The notes: generated by a model not told the origin, from the letters alone. DNA of 64,000 nucleotides from Verrucomicrobiota bacterium (GCA_039818205.1 JBCBUK010000010.1:1-64000), one strand, 5' to 3'. Shown: positions 18,436 through 28,332, counted from the stretch's first letter. Program-made: numbers and translations.

Positions 18436-20586
18436 ATGAAGGTCCATCCTTTGTTCACTGTGAAAACTATTACCACTTTCCTTTGTGCTGCGCTGCTGTT
18501 TATCGCCAGCAACAGAACCGTCCAGGCTCAGTCGCCCTCGACGTTTACCGCTATCAACCTCGCGACCGACGATAATCCGCTCGGTTATTGGGAATTTTTA
18601 CCCGGTGCCTATTACGACAACCCGGCGACCGAGTATCCGGTGCTCATCTTCATGCATGGTAACGGAGAGCGGGGTAATGGAAGCACGGAGATGAATCGGG
18701 TGCTCAAGCACGGTCCACCGAAGATCCTGAACAATTCGGGGCACGCGCTGCATGACTACTTTGATGATAATGATGTTATCGTGATCTCGCCGCAAACGAG
18801 TAACACCTCGTGGACTGACCTTCGGGCGTTCTTGGACTACATTTTGGACAAGTATCGGGTTGATCGTCGCTGCGTTTATCTGACCGGATTGAGCGGCGGT
18901 GCTGGGGGCATTCATCGTTTCATGAATAACGACCGTGATGCGCGAGAAGTTACCGCGTGTGTTGCGGTGGCTATTGTTGGAGGCCTGGCGACCGCAACTG
19001 GAGGAGAAGTCGGCGCTGATGTCCCCTACTGGGTTTCGACGGCCTGGGGTGACGGTTTTGGAGGCAAGAACACGGCCAACACCAATGGTCGGGCAATTGC
19101 GAGTGCGCGCCTTGGCGTGACGTCGGTTAGCCCACTAAATAATTACCCCGGTAACAATGGGGATGCCGACTACTCGGCGTCGTTTGATGCGACCAATGGC
19201 TGGACCTGGGTGAGTGGGCGCACCCCAGGGGATGGTGCGAGCCCGCGCATAACCCTCTTGCAAGGAAGCAGCCACGACAGCTGGACTCGGACCTACGACA
19301 ACGTCAACGTTTACAACTGGCTCCTGGATCAAATAAAGCCGACGGCGACAGTGACGAGTCCGCAACCGGGTCAGACATTTCGGCAAGGCTTGCCAATTAC
19401 CTTTAGTGCCAGCGCGGTCGATAACGATGGAGCCGCGATACCGAGCGGTTCCTTTAGCTGGGTGAGTCATATTGATGGTCTGCTGGGGACCGGAGACAAT
19501 CTGACATTGGGCAACTTGAGCCCGGGCTGCCACACGATCACTTGCCTGCCGGTTGACGCTGAGTTCCGCGCCGGATTTCTTCAGTTTGAGATCGAGGTGG
19601 AGTACGTCTCGGGCGCCTATCCGGATGCCTTCACGGTTCGGGTCGATTTTGGCCATAGCAATGGCGCAGTGGTGGATCCGGGTTGGAACAATTTCAATGC
19701 GATCTTTCCAGGCGAGCAGATTACCGAGAGCGCGATCGATACGAATGATGTAGCGGTTGGAGTTCGCTTGGATGTCATCAAGCGATTCAATGGGACTTAT
19801 TCGAACGGAGTTTCCGCTTCAGATCTCTATCCCGCGGTCGCCCAGTCGGATTCCATGTCGGTATCTTGGCTGCACAATCCGGCGATTCTGCAGATCTCGG
19901 GACTGAATCCGGGCCAACCTTATGACTTTAAGCTATTTGCTTCGCGGGACATCGGTGCCACTGCGGACATCAGTTGTATCTATCGGCTCAATGGCGTGGA
20001 GCAGACGCTCAATGCGGCAGCGAATACCAACCAGACGGTTGACTTTAATGAGGTCTGGCCCGATTCGACCGGTTGCGTCTTCCTTGAAGTGGATCGTGAC
20101 CCGACTGCACCAAACTGGGTCAGCGCGCTCCTGGGGGTGATGGAGATATCGACCGATGGAATTGCGCCCGATGCTGATATTGATGGCATGTCGGACAGCT
20201 GGGAGCTCCAGCAGTTTGGTGACCTTCTGCAGGCGCCGGATGGCGATTTCGACGGCGATGGCGTGGAGAACATTATTGAGTTTGCTACGGGAACCTCGCC
20301 CACCGATCCCAGCGATTTGGCCGAGGTTTCGCCCAGTGATGAGGCGGTTGGCAACGATCGCTATCCAACCCTGACTTACAATTTGAACCGGGATGCGGCT
20401 AGCCTGGTGAGTGTGTCGGTGGAGCAGACGCTGGATCTTAGCGGCATCTGGTCCGATGCGAACGCCGTTTTTGTTTCGACTGAAGCAATCCCCGGAGAAA
20501 ACGTGGATGCCATCACCTACCGCTCCACGGTCCCCTACTCGACGGAATCGATCCAATTTCTCCGGGCCAACATCACCGAGAACTAA
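18436..20586 (+). CDS. Large secreted modular alpha/beta hydrolase (catalytic domain, Ig-like domain, beta-sandwich, Ca-binding DxDxDG repeats)
   Basis: Signal peptide; PVLIFMHGNGERG, VYLTGLSGG, HDSWTRTY; Ig-like VTSPQPGQTF...FSASAVD; DADIDGMSDSWE...DFDGDGVENIIEFATGTSP. Confidence 0.85.
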   Translation: MKVHPLFTVKTITTFLCAALLFIASNRTVQAQSPSTFTAINLATDDNPLGYWEFLPGAYYDNPATEYPVLIFMHGNGERGNGSTEMNRVLKHGPPKILNNSGHALHDYFDDNDVIVISPQTSNTSWTDLRAFLDYILDKYRVDRRCVYLTGLSGGAGGIHRFMNNDRDAREVTACVAVAIVGGLATATGGEVGADVPYWVSTAWGDGFGGKNTANTNGRAIASARLGVTSVSPLNNYPGNNGDADYSASFDATNGWTWVSGRTPGDGASPRITLLQGSSHDSWTRTYDNVNVYNWLLDQIKPTATVTSPQPGQTFRQGLPITFSASAVDNDGAAIPSGSFSWVSHIDGLLGTGDNLTLGNLSPGCHTITCLPVDAEFRAGFLQFEIEVEYVSGAYPDAFTVRVDFGHSNGAVVDPGWNNFNAIFPGEQITESAIDTNDVAVGVRLDVIKRFNGTYSNGVSASDLYPAVAQSDSMSVSWLHNPAILQISGLNPGQPYDFKLFASRDIGATADISCIYRLNGVEQTLNAAANTNQTVDFNEVWPDSTGCVFLEVDRDPTAPNWVSALLGVMEISTDGIAPDADIDGMSDSWELQQFGDLLQAPDGDFDGDGVENIIEFATGTSPTDPSDLAEVSPSDEAVGNDRYPTLTYNLNRDAASLVSVSVEQTLDLSGIWSDANAVFVSTEAIPGENVDAITYRSTVPYSTESIQFLRANITEN

Positions 20587-20620
20587 CGGTTCGTCGCAAT
20601 GAGATTGGCTGGCCGCTTCC

Positions 20621-21316
20621 TCAGTTGAGACCGTCTTGACCCAGGAACACAAGGTTTTGGGAAAGATGGTTTAGGGCTCGCCGGGCATCAATGAAACGTT
20701 CGCCCAAAGCCTGATACACCTCGGTTAGGCAATACTCATGGGCTAGATGATGATCACTGGCCGCTCGGTATTGAGCTTGGCCAATACTTTCATAAAAGCT
20801 GAGGTCCGGAGCCCCGCGGTAGGTTGCGCGGTAATCGAGGTGGGGACGAAATAGGCCGGTGACCACCAGGGAATTTTCGGCGAGTGTGACGGTGAGGTAA
20901 AACCGTTCGCAGAAGCCCGCTTGGGACATCCGGTTCAAGATGTCTACGATGTAGAATGGCGCGCCTCGCTTCCCGGCTTTGTTTGGTTTGAACAGCTTGG
21001 AGTTCGCCATCGAGTCAGCCAGGAGTGAGGCCACGTAGTCTGCGAGTTCCCGATTGTCTAGGTCGGCCCGGAGAAAGCTATGGCGCACCAGGACAAAGAA
21101 ATAGAGGCGCGGGGAAATGGTAATCGGTTGGGTTTGCTCGAGGACGGCGTGGAAAAGTTCCGGAGTGTCCAATAAGCGATCCCGAGTCCCTGGATCGGCT
21201 AACAAAGCAGTGACCGCCTCGGCAGAATCAATTCCGCCTGGTGCCAGGACCGACATAAGGAACGCCCGGTCAGCGTCTGTCAGCCCGTCACGACATATCG
21301 GTTGAACGAGCTTCAT
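20621..21316 (-). CDS. Conserved-looking hypothetical protein
   Basis: About 231 aa from ATG 21316. Motifs LYFFVLVR...ADYVASLL...TGLF...GAP...FYE..G...Y..AS. Confidence 0.75.
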   Translation of the reverse strand: MKLVQPICRDGLTDADRAFLMSVLAPGGIDSAEAVTALLADPGTRDRLLDTPELFHAVLEQTQPITISPRLYFFVLVRHSFLRADLDNRELADYVASLLADSMANSKLFKPNKAGKRGAPFYIVDILNRMSQAGFCERFYLTVTLAENSLVVTGLFRPHLDYRATYRGAPDLSFYESIGQAQYRAASDHHLAHEYCLTEVYQALGERFIDARRALNHLSQNLVFLGQDGLN

Positions 21317-21331
21317 GGCTGATATACTTAA

Positions 21332-21346
21332 GCATAGCTTATGCCA
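21332..21346 (-). promoter_or_regulatory. sigma54-like promoter
   Basis: Minus strand TGGCATA-AGCT-ATGC (GG-N10-GC), 15 nt upstream of ATG 21316. Confidence 0.55.
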
Positions 21347-21425
21347 GCTATTCGGTTTTGGCAAGCCTTTGTTGATCAGCCAGTTCGAGGCAATTGGGTG
21401 GTATATTCCTAGTTCAAAGGCATAG

Positions 21426-21454
21426 AAAAAACCCGGCTTTGTCGGCCGGGTTTT
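21426..21454 (-). terminator. Intrinsic (possibly bidirectional) terminator
   Basis: AAAAAACCCGGC-TTTGTCG-GCCGGGTTTT. Confidence 0.8.
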
Positions 21455-21478
21455 CCTGGGGAAACAATACTTTGGGAC

Positions 21479-21871
21479 TTAAAGGTGGTCGTAACCGCCT
21501 TTACAAATCTTTGCGATGACAGCGTAGCTGATTTCGCGAGATTTGGCAACTTGATTCATCGAAGTGCCTGCTTCGACTTCGGTTTTCACGCTGTCGCGGA
21601 GCTCTCCAGTAATTTTGGTGCGTCGGCGGCGGCCGTTCACGCTCGCTTTTTTGACCGAGCCTTTGCGCCGCCCGCGAAAGGAAACGCCGAAGTGTTCAAT
21701 GAGGGCTTCAACCAGTTCTTTGGGCGTGGCGTATTCGCTTTGTTTGTAAAGTTGTTCCAAGCGCTGGGCAGCAGCTTTTTCTTCTTTAGCCAGCTCCTTC
21801 AGTTCTTTTTCACGTGCTTGTAACGCTTTTTTTTCTGCCTCGAGTGCCTTTAATTGTTCCGCTATTTCCAT
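21479..21871 (-). CDS. Small coiled-coil plus basic linker plus HTH protein (putative DNA-binding, nucleoid-associated)
   Basis: N-terminal E/K/A heptads; RGRRKG and RRRRTKIT; C-terminal GTSMNQVAKSREISYAVIAKI HTH pattern. Confidence 0.8.
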   Translation of the reverse strand: MEIAEQLKALEAEKKALQAREKELKELAKEEKAAAQRLEQLYKQSEYATPKELVEALIEHFGVSFRGRRKGSVKKASVNGRRRRTKITGELRDSVKTEVEAGTSMNQVAKSREISYAVIAKICKGGYDHL

Positions 21872-22003
21872 GTCTTTCTACCGTATCGTTAACTAGGACG
21901 GCATACAAAAAGCCGGTGAGTCGGATAAACGCAAGCTCGTAATTATCATTTTAGTTAAAGCATAGGAATAAGGGACTTACAAAACTAGTTATATCAGTTA
22001 TTA

Positions 22004-23845
22004 CTAATACTGAACTTCATTTTTATCAAGGAGAGGGATTTTGATATAGGCAGTATTGTCCGAAGGCATGGACGTTCGTTTACCACCACGTTTTTCAAAG
22101 AGGCGGAGCATGGGCAAATTATCCGCCGAAACTAATGCCCATAGGTATTGTAGTTCTCGTCTTTGCGCGATCTCCATCATTCGGGTTAGCAATAGGTTTC
22201 CGAGGCCTTGTCGGCGCATGGATTCGTCGACCACGAACGCCACTTCGGCGGCGGGAGCGTCGTCATCCAGGAAGTAGCGGCCGACCGCGCGGAGCCGTTG
22301 CCGCGGTCCACGTCGTTCAAAAATGCCCAGAGCCAAGTTCTTTTGCTGGTCAACGCCCACGAGCTCGCTTGCCCGTTCGCGAGACATGCGCTGGATACTG
22401 TAGCCATAGCGTTGGTGAATCGTGTCGGGGCTGTGGGAGTAGAAAAATTCCTGGAGATGCCGTTCATCAGATGGGTGCAACGGTCGCAAGATGTAGTCGT
22501 TGTCGGCAATGCGGATGCGTTCGAAGCTAATTCCGCCGATGGCTTTGACGGGTCGCGGGACGAGTTTTTCGTAGGGCGCAATGAGCTTTCGCTCGCGCGC
22601 CCCTTGGAGCAACTGTTCGCGGTAGTCGGGATGGGCAACTTGGATCAGCTCGAGAGCTCGCTCGCGGACAGTGCGGCCTCGGAGGGTGGCAATGCCGTAT
22701 TCGGTGACCACGAAATGGATGTCAGCGCGGCTCCCGACAAGGCCAGCACCATGGTCGAGGAATGGGACAATGCGCGATCGGGTCCCGTCCAATGCCGTTG
22801 ATGGTAGCGCGATGATTGGCAAACCCTGTGGGCTGAGTACGGCGCCACGGGTGAAATCCATGAGTCCACCGATGCCGCTATAGAACTGCCCACCGACCGA
22901 GGCAGCCACCTGGCCAGTGAGGTCGACCTCCATTGCGGTGTTGATGGCGACAACTTTGTTGTTCCGGGCAATTTCAGAAATGTTGTTTGTGTATTCAGTG
23001 GGCCGGAAGACGATGTGCGGATTCTCGTTCACGAAGTCATACAGCTTGCGGGACCCAACGCAGAACGAAGTCACGGTGTGACCGCGGTTGCTCTGTTTGG
23101 CGGAGTTGTCGATGGCACCCGCTTCGATTAGTTCGCGAACACCGTCGCTAAACATCTCGGTATGCACGCCTAGGTGGCGATGCCCTTTGAGTGCCCGGAT
23201 GGCTTGGTCGGGCACATTGCCAATGCCGATCTGCAGCGTGGCACCGTCCTCAACGAGTTGCGCCAAGTATTCGCCGATTGTGATTGAGACCTCCTGTTCG
23301 GCGTTGGGGTGCCATTCGGGTAGCTCGGCTGCGGCTTCCAGTGCGTAATCGATCTCGCTTACGTGGAGAAAGGACTGCCCGAAGGTGCGCGGAAGTCGCG
23401 GGTTGATCTGGGCAACGACAACCTGGGCTGCGCGGCAAGCAGCGTGAACAACGTCGACACTAACGCCCAATGAACAGTAGCCCTGTGGATCGGGTGGGCT
23501 AACCATCACCAGCGCCGCGCGGAGCGGGATAACCCCTTCCAAGAAAAGTGATGGCAGCTCGCTGAGGAAACAAGGCGTGTAGTCCGCGTGGCCGGCGTTG
23601 ACCGCTTCGCGGATACCGGGTCCGAGGAAAAACGCGTTCGCCTTAAAGGTCGACCGATGAGCTTTCTCGATCCATGGCGTGGGCCCAAACGTGCTGATGT
23701 GGGCTAGTTCAATATCGGCCAGGGTCTTCTGGGCTGCGAGCAGGGATGCGACCAAGGCATGGGGACAGGCGGCACCGCTGCCAATGAAGACTCGGCTTCC
23801 GGGCAAGGCGATCTGGGGCCAATCTGTCGGGCTTAGCGGTTGCAC
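22004..23845 (-). CDS. Acetyl-CoA hydrolase/CoA-transferase fused to a C-terminal GNAT domain
   Basis: GATLQIGIG, HTEMFSDG (catalytic Glu), SGIGG..DF, VVTEYGIA; then LRPL...AEVAFVV....RQGLG...N.PMLRLF. Confidence 0.92.
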   Translation of the reverse strand: MQPLSPTDWPQIALPGSRVFIGSGAACPHALVASLLAAQKTLADIELAHISTFGPTPWIEKAHRSTFKANAFFLGPGIREAVNAGHADYTPCFLSELPSLFLEGVIPLRAALVMVSPPDPQGYCSLGVSVDVVHAACRAAQVVVAQINPRLPRTFGQSFLHVSEIDYALEAAAELPEWHPNAEQEVSITIGEYLAQLVEDGATLQIGIGNVPDQAIRALKGHRHLGVHTEMFSDGVRELIEAGAIDNSAKQSNRGHTVTSFCVGSRKLYDFVNENPHIVFRPTEYTNNISEIARNNKVVAINTAMEVDLTGQVAASVGGQFYSGIGGLMDFTRGAVLSPQGLPIIALPSTALDGTRSRIVPFLDHGAGLVGSRADIHFVVTEYGIATLRGRTVRERALELIQVAHPDYREQLLQGARERKLIAPYEKLVPRPVKAIGGISFERIRIADNDYILRPLHPSDERHLQEFFYSHSPDTIHQRYGYSIQRMSRERASELVGVDQQKNLALGIFERRGPRQRLRAVGRYFLDDDAPAAEVAFVVDESMRRQGLGNLLLTRMMEIAQRRELQYLWALVSADNLPMLRLFEKRGGKRTSMPSDNTAYIKIPLLDKNEVQY

Positions 23846-23952
23846 AAAAAAAATCTACGACGATCGTCGCGACTTTTCACGCAAATACGTGTCCCGATCA
23901 ACCGTGCTTAGGAATAACCACTTCCGCTTATAGCAGTAGTAAAGAATTCCAA

Positions 23953-24780
23953 TCAGCGGGAGCAGGATTCCGGCTCCGAGAATACCGCGCCGAGAATGCT
24001 TCCTGGACTCTGCCTCTCGTTCAGCGATCGCCAAGAGTTCGATCCGTTCATTGATTGCATTTGATCGGGCGCAAAGCGCTTGCTGAGTTCAAGGACCTTT
24101 TGACTGACCCCGAGCAGTTCTTGCGTCTCGTAGAGGTCCGCCATGGTGAAAAGTAGATCGGCTACGACTGGGTCGTCTTCCTTGATGAATACCATTCGTT
24201 CTTGCAGTTGGTAATGAATCATTCGGGTGACCTCTTCGACTGGTATCTCGGCATTATTCACCGCCACATGATTCTCCAAAATGATAGAATCTTTGAGAGC
24301 CAATACCTTGTTGGTCGATAGGTAATCGGGGTCTTGTTCGAGTTTGATCTTCGCCTCGAGAATATTCACATGAATCCACTCTGATCCAGCATGGGAATGG
24401 GCGTTGCGTTCGACCCCTTCTTGAATCCATTTGAGCGCTGCGTGATTCTTACCCGCGAGTTCATAGGCCGTCCCGAGGTTGGCGGCGGTTTCATACTGCC
24501 CGGGAAACTGTTTTTCGATCGCGTTTAGCTGTTTGATGGCTCCCTCATATTTTCCGAAGCGGATCTTTTCGATGGCCTCTCGCTGAAGCTTGGTAAAATC
24601 ATCGACTGGTGCGTCGTGGTGATTGGCGAAACGGTCTTCGGGGGTCGTGTTCAAAGAGGCCAGCAGCGGTTCGGTGACTCGTGTGATTTGATACTCCTCG
24701 TAGCGAGGGTGATCAGCGTTGATGCAAGCGTTGACCAAGCCTGGTAAAAGGAGGCCGAACATGGCGAGTGCGTGTTTCAT
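23953..24780 (-). CDS. Secreted TPR-containing hypothetical protein
   Basis: Signal or lipobox-like N-terminus; YETAANLGTAYELAG TPR; HAGSEWIHVNILEAKI. Confidence 0.75.
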   Translation of the reverse strand: MKHALAMFGLLLPGLVNACINADHPRYEEYQITRVTEPLLASLNTTPEDRFANHHDAPVDDFTKLQREAIEKIRFGKYEGAIKQLNAIEKQFPGQYETAANLGTAYELAGKNHAALKWIQEGVERNAHSHAGSEWIHVNILEAKIKLEQDPDYLSTNKVLALKDSIILENHVAVNNAEIPVEEVTRMIHYQLQERMVFIKEDDPVVADLLFTMADLYETQELLGVSQKVLELSKRFAPDQMQSMNGSNSWRSLNERQSPGSILGAVFSEPESCSR

Positions 24781-24792
24781 CGGTCAACCCGG

Positions 24793-25542
24793 TTAGTTCC
24801 AGCGGTGCGACCACTTGCGTGGTTGCTCTGCTGGGTTTTGTTGCGGTTGGGTCAATTGCTCCGCTTGTTGGGCGTGGGCATAGTAGACGGCCGCCCGGCA
24901 GGCTTCGATTTGGTCGGGCAAGCGCGGAAGGTCGACCGCAAGTTCGGGGTGGCCCTCCATGAGTTCTTCAAGGTGCCCGAGCGATCGGTCATCGCTGGCA
25001 TTCACCTGGGTGGCCGAGACGTAGAACATGGCCGCCTCGGGGTAGTTCCCCAAGGATTGTTGGCACAGGCCGAGGTTCTTATAAGCGTTGGCCCGGTCGG
25101 GGTCAATCTGGGCAGCCAGCTCAAGGTAGCTGACAGCATCCGAAACGCGCCCGATCTTTAAGAGCGAGTATCCCAGGTTGTTGTGGATAAAATACCACGT
25201 GTCGGTGTCGGATGGTTCTAGTGCTAACGCTTGCCGGTATTGATCGGCCGCAAACTCAAAGTCATCCCGGCATTCGGCGAGTTGCCCTGAGGCAAGAAAG
25301 CAGGCGGCCAATTCTTCCGGACGCTTTTCGAGCGTCATTATTTGGTCAATGCAGTGTTGTGATTCGCGGTGGTTCCCGGTCATCTGGTAGAAGCGTGCTA
25401 GGTTCCACCAGGATTCAGCGCGGGCTCCCTTGGCTTTTTTCAATTCGGCGAGGAGTGCTTCTTCGAGCTCGGTTCCGGTCAGCGCTTTACCATCAGACGG
25501 AGTTTCGTTGATGGTGTATTTGAAATGCATGGGTCGGTTCAT
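24793..25542 (-). CDS. TPR-repeat protein
   Basis: YRQALALEP...HNNLGYSL...AAQIDPDRANAYKNLGLC. Confidence 0.88.
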   Translation of the reverse strand: MNRPMHFKYTINETPSDGKALTGTELEEALLAELKKAKGARAESWWNLARFYQMTGNHRESQHCIDQIMTLEKRPEELAACFLASGQLAECRDDFEFAADQYRQALALEPSDTDTWYFIHNNLGYSLLKIGRVSDAVSYLELAAQIDPDRANAYKNLGLCQQSLGNYPEAAMFYVSATQVNASDDRSLGHLEELMEGHPELAVDLPRLPDQIEACRAAVYYAHAQQAEQLTQPQQNPAEQPRKWSHRWN

Positions 25543-25632
25543 GGTATTTTACAAAAATATAATATATCACAATCATTGGTATTATCAATTTAACGTCAAG
25601 CAGTGGTTTCCTTTTCCATTTGGGGTTTGGTT

Positions 25633-26655
25633 TCAGAAAATAATGTCTCTTATATATATCACTTCGCCACCTCGCAGAGTGAAGTCTTCGGCGCTGCCAG
25701 CTTGGATCGCGCGGAAGTCGACTTCGATCGCCTGTTTTTTCTCACCGACTTGACGAACGACATAAACGCTTCGGGTTCTGGCTTGTTCGTTGACGCCGCC
25801 GGTATGGCGAATGGCATCGCTTAATCGCATGTCCGGATAGTAGAGAATCTTGCCTGGCTGATAGACCATTCCATAGACCGCCACTTCATCGGCGGTTGGC
25901 TGCGACGATTCTCTAACGGGGCGTGGTTCGAGCAAGGCCGCTTGCTCGGTGGAGAAGTCCAGCTCGAGTTTTTGTCGCATTTTTACAGTGCGTACGGTGC
26001 TCTCGGCAGAGTATGCCTCTGGCCTTGCGGCGTAGTATTTTTTGAAATACCTGTCGCGCATACTATCGGGCGTGAGCGCTGCGAGGACAAGCATGTCACG
26101 TTCGGCCGGACTCAGGTGAAAAGTGCTGTCGGGCCTCGCATGGACTTTGTGCCAAACAAGGTCTGTAAGTGCGGTGACTTCACGCGCATACGTGAAGGGA
26201 TTGGGACTCCAGGTGAACGCGCGTTCGGTGGGTGCTCCGGGAAGGTAGAAAAAATACATCTCACCATCTAGCCCGATTGCCACCGGATCAAACGGCTCGG
26301 TCGTAGACATTGCGTCGCGGTAAAATTCGAGCAGGTGGTTCGCGTCCCGCGGCGAGATGTTGACCAAGTATTCCTTTGTCGCGTCTTTATAGAGGCCAAC
26401 CAACTTCAATTGATAGCGCTCTCCGTCTTGTAAAAGGTGCAATAGATAGTGGGGCGTATCGCCTGATTCTTCCATTGGTTGGAAACTCGTTGTCATGGCG
26501 ATTTCCAACAAGGCGCCTTGCATACCATGCTCAGGAAAGTACGCTTTCTTGGGCGCATGCAATCCTGGCGGCGCCGCTTGCAAAGGCCTAAACCGAGCAA
26601 CCAAGCTGGTCATGCCGCAAACAAGAATACAAATCAGAAGGCTGGTTCGGTTCAT
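25633..26655 (-). CDS. Exported protein with a C-terminal SLBB (beta-grasp) domain
   Basis: VYGMVYQPG....MRLSDAIRHTGG....ARTRSVYVVR....DFTLRGGEVIYI. Confidence 0.72.
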   Translation of the reverse strand: MNRTSLLICILVCGMTSLVARFRPLQAAPPGLHAPKKAYFPEHGMQGALLEIAMTTSFQPMEESGDTPHYLLHLLQDGERYQLKLVGLYKDATKEYLVNISPRDANHLLEFYRDAMSTTEPFDPVAIGLDGEMYFFYLPGAPTERAFTWSPNPFTYAREVTALTDLVWHKVHARPDSTFHLSPAERDMLVLAALTPDSMRDRYFKKYYAARPEAYSAESTVRTVKMRQKLELDFSTEQAALLEPRPVRESSQPTADEVAVYGMVYQPGKILYYPDMRLSDAIRHTGGVNEQARTRSVYVVRQVGEKKQAIEVDFRAIQAGSAEDFTLRGGEVIYIRDIIF

Positions 26656-26755
26656 TGACTCTCCCCTATCCGCTTTCGACCGAAGGAGTACCGTGATGTT
26701 CCTTGGGTTTCAGATTTGATCGTGGTCCAATCGTGTGACTTGATAGCTGAATCCC

Positions 26756-27766
26756 ATGTCCGTTGAGATCAAAGAACAGTTGTGCGCACTCGCTGAGGTC
26801 GAGGGCTTTGATGCCTTTGGGGTGGCGCCGGTGGCTGTTGATCTGCGGCGCGAGTATTATCTCAAGTGGATCGCCGAGGGGCAGCATGGGGAAATGTCCT
26901 GGATGGAGCGGAACAACGAGCGCCGCCTCAATCCCGAGAACATCCTGCCCGAAGTCCGCAGCATACTCTGCTTGGGTTTAAACTACTATCAACCCAATCC
27001 CGATCGGCGCGGACGCCTCGCGAAGTACGCCCTCGGGAAGGACTACCACAAAGTCATCCTGCAAAAGCTGAAGCGGTTGTGCCGTGTGATGCGCGAGGAA
27101 TTTCATGGGGACCAAAAACCGTATGTCGATACGGGGCCTGTTCTGGAAAAGCCGATTGCCGTGCAAGCGGGACTGGGTTGGCAGGGAAAGAGCACCATCG
27201 TGCTCAACCGTGATCATGGGACCTGGCTCTTCCTCGGGTTTATCTTCACGACCTTGGAGTTGCCCGCCGATGAACCGGCCCGCGAACATTGCGGCAAGTG
27301 CACACGTTGTATCGATGCCTGCCCCACGCAGGCGATCACTGGACCCTATCAGCTCGATGCCCGCCGGTGTATCTCATATCTGACGATCGAACATAAAGGT
27401 GCGATTCCGATGGAGTTTCGGCGGGCGATCGGAGATCGGCTTTATGGGTGCGACGAATGCCTGGATGTTTGCCCATGGAATCGTTGGGCCCGGGTAACCC
27501 GGGAGGAAAAGTTCGCCGCCCGCCCCTACCCTGACCTTCGGGAGATGCTGGGCTGGTCGGAAGAGTCTTTTAGGGAAGCCTTTGCGGGAACGCCGATCAA
27601 GCGGGCGGGATTGAGCCGTTGGTTGCGCAACGTCTGCGTGGTTTTGGGCAACACTGGTGAGGCTGAAGATTTGCCTGAACTGGAGGCTTTGGCGGATTCC
27701 GCGGATGAGCTTGTTGCGGAGCATGCTGCATGGGCCGTGGCCGAGATTAAATCCCGTTCGGCATGA
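26756..27766 (+). CDS. queG: Epoxyqueuosine reductase
   Basis: YALGKDYH, VDTGPVLEK, CGKCTRCIDACPT, CISYLTIE, GCDECLDVCPWN. Confidence 0.97.
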   Translation: MSVEIKEQLCALAEVEGFDAFGVAPVAVDLRREYYLKWIAEGQHGEMSWMERNNERRLNPENILPEVRSILCLGLNYYQPNPDRRGRLAKYALGKDYHKVILQKLKRLCRVMREEFHGDQKPYVDTGPVLEKPIAVQAGLGWQGKSTIVLNRDHGTWLFLGFIFTTLELPADEPAREHCGKCTRCIDACPTQAITGPYQLDARRCISYLTIEHKGAIPMEFRRAIGDRLYGCDECLDVCPWNRWARVTREEKFAARPYPDLREMLGWSEESFREAFAGTPIKRAGLSRWLRNVCVVLGNTGEAEDLPELEALADSADELVAEHAAWAVAEIKSRSA

Positions 27767-27831
27767 AATGCATTTCACGGTTGCCGTCTGGGCAAAGCGT
27801 GTTCTGTTTCAGAGGTGTGCAAGCAAGTGCG

Positions 27832-28332
27832 ATGACCAATGCTCAAAATCCCGTCGACGATGACGTACCGGCCTCTGTTCGGCAGGGCTTGACTTACACG
27901 CGCATGGCCGGAATTGCCGCGGGTGTTTTCCTGATCGGCTGGGCCCCATTCAACTACTTGCGCTGGAGCGGTGCCGGCCCGACCTGGCTGCTGAATCTGG
28001 AGTTCGTTTACTTCATCGTGTATGGAATCTTCCTTGTCCTACCCTGGGGAAAAATTTCTAGCCAGCGCGTTTGGAAGGTGATGTTTAGCTGCCTCATCGC
28101 CTTGGCGGCCGGATTCGGGTTCCTCATGGTGATCGATCTGATCTATCAATACATACTTGCTTCCGGTTATAACGAAGCGGGCGATGATGCGGTATACAAC
28201 AGCGTCTACAAGCTCGACTCCGGTGGCGGGCAGAAACCATTCGCACCAGTGCTGCAAAGTGCACTAATTTTCGCCACATTGATCCAAGTTCCTGCTGTTT
28301 ATTTCGTCCGATACCCTCGAGCAATGATTTAG
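27832..28332 (+). CDS. Hypothetical 4-TM membrane protein
   Basis: Four hydrophobic segments; ATG 27832 chosen as start. Confidence 0.7.
   Translation: MTNAQNPVDDDVPASVRQGLTYTRMAGIAAGVFLIGWAPFNYLRWSGAGPTWLLNLEFVYFIVYGIFLVLPWGKISSQRVWKVMFSCLIALAAGFGFLMVIDLIYQYILASGYNEAGDDAVYNSVYKLDSGGGQKPFAPVLQSALIFATLIQVPAVYFVRYPRAMI

Noticed and set aside
25182..25190. Perfect DnaA box TGTGGATAA
   Set aside because: Isolated and inside a TPR coding sequence (FIHN codons); consistent with chance.
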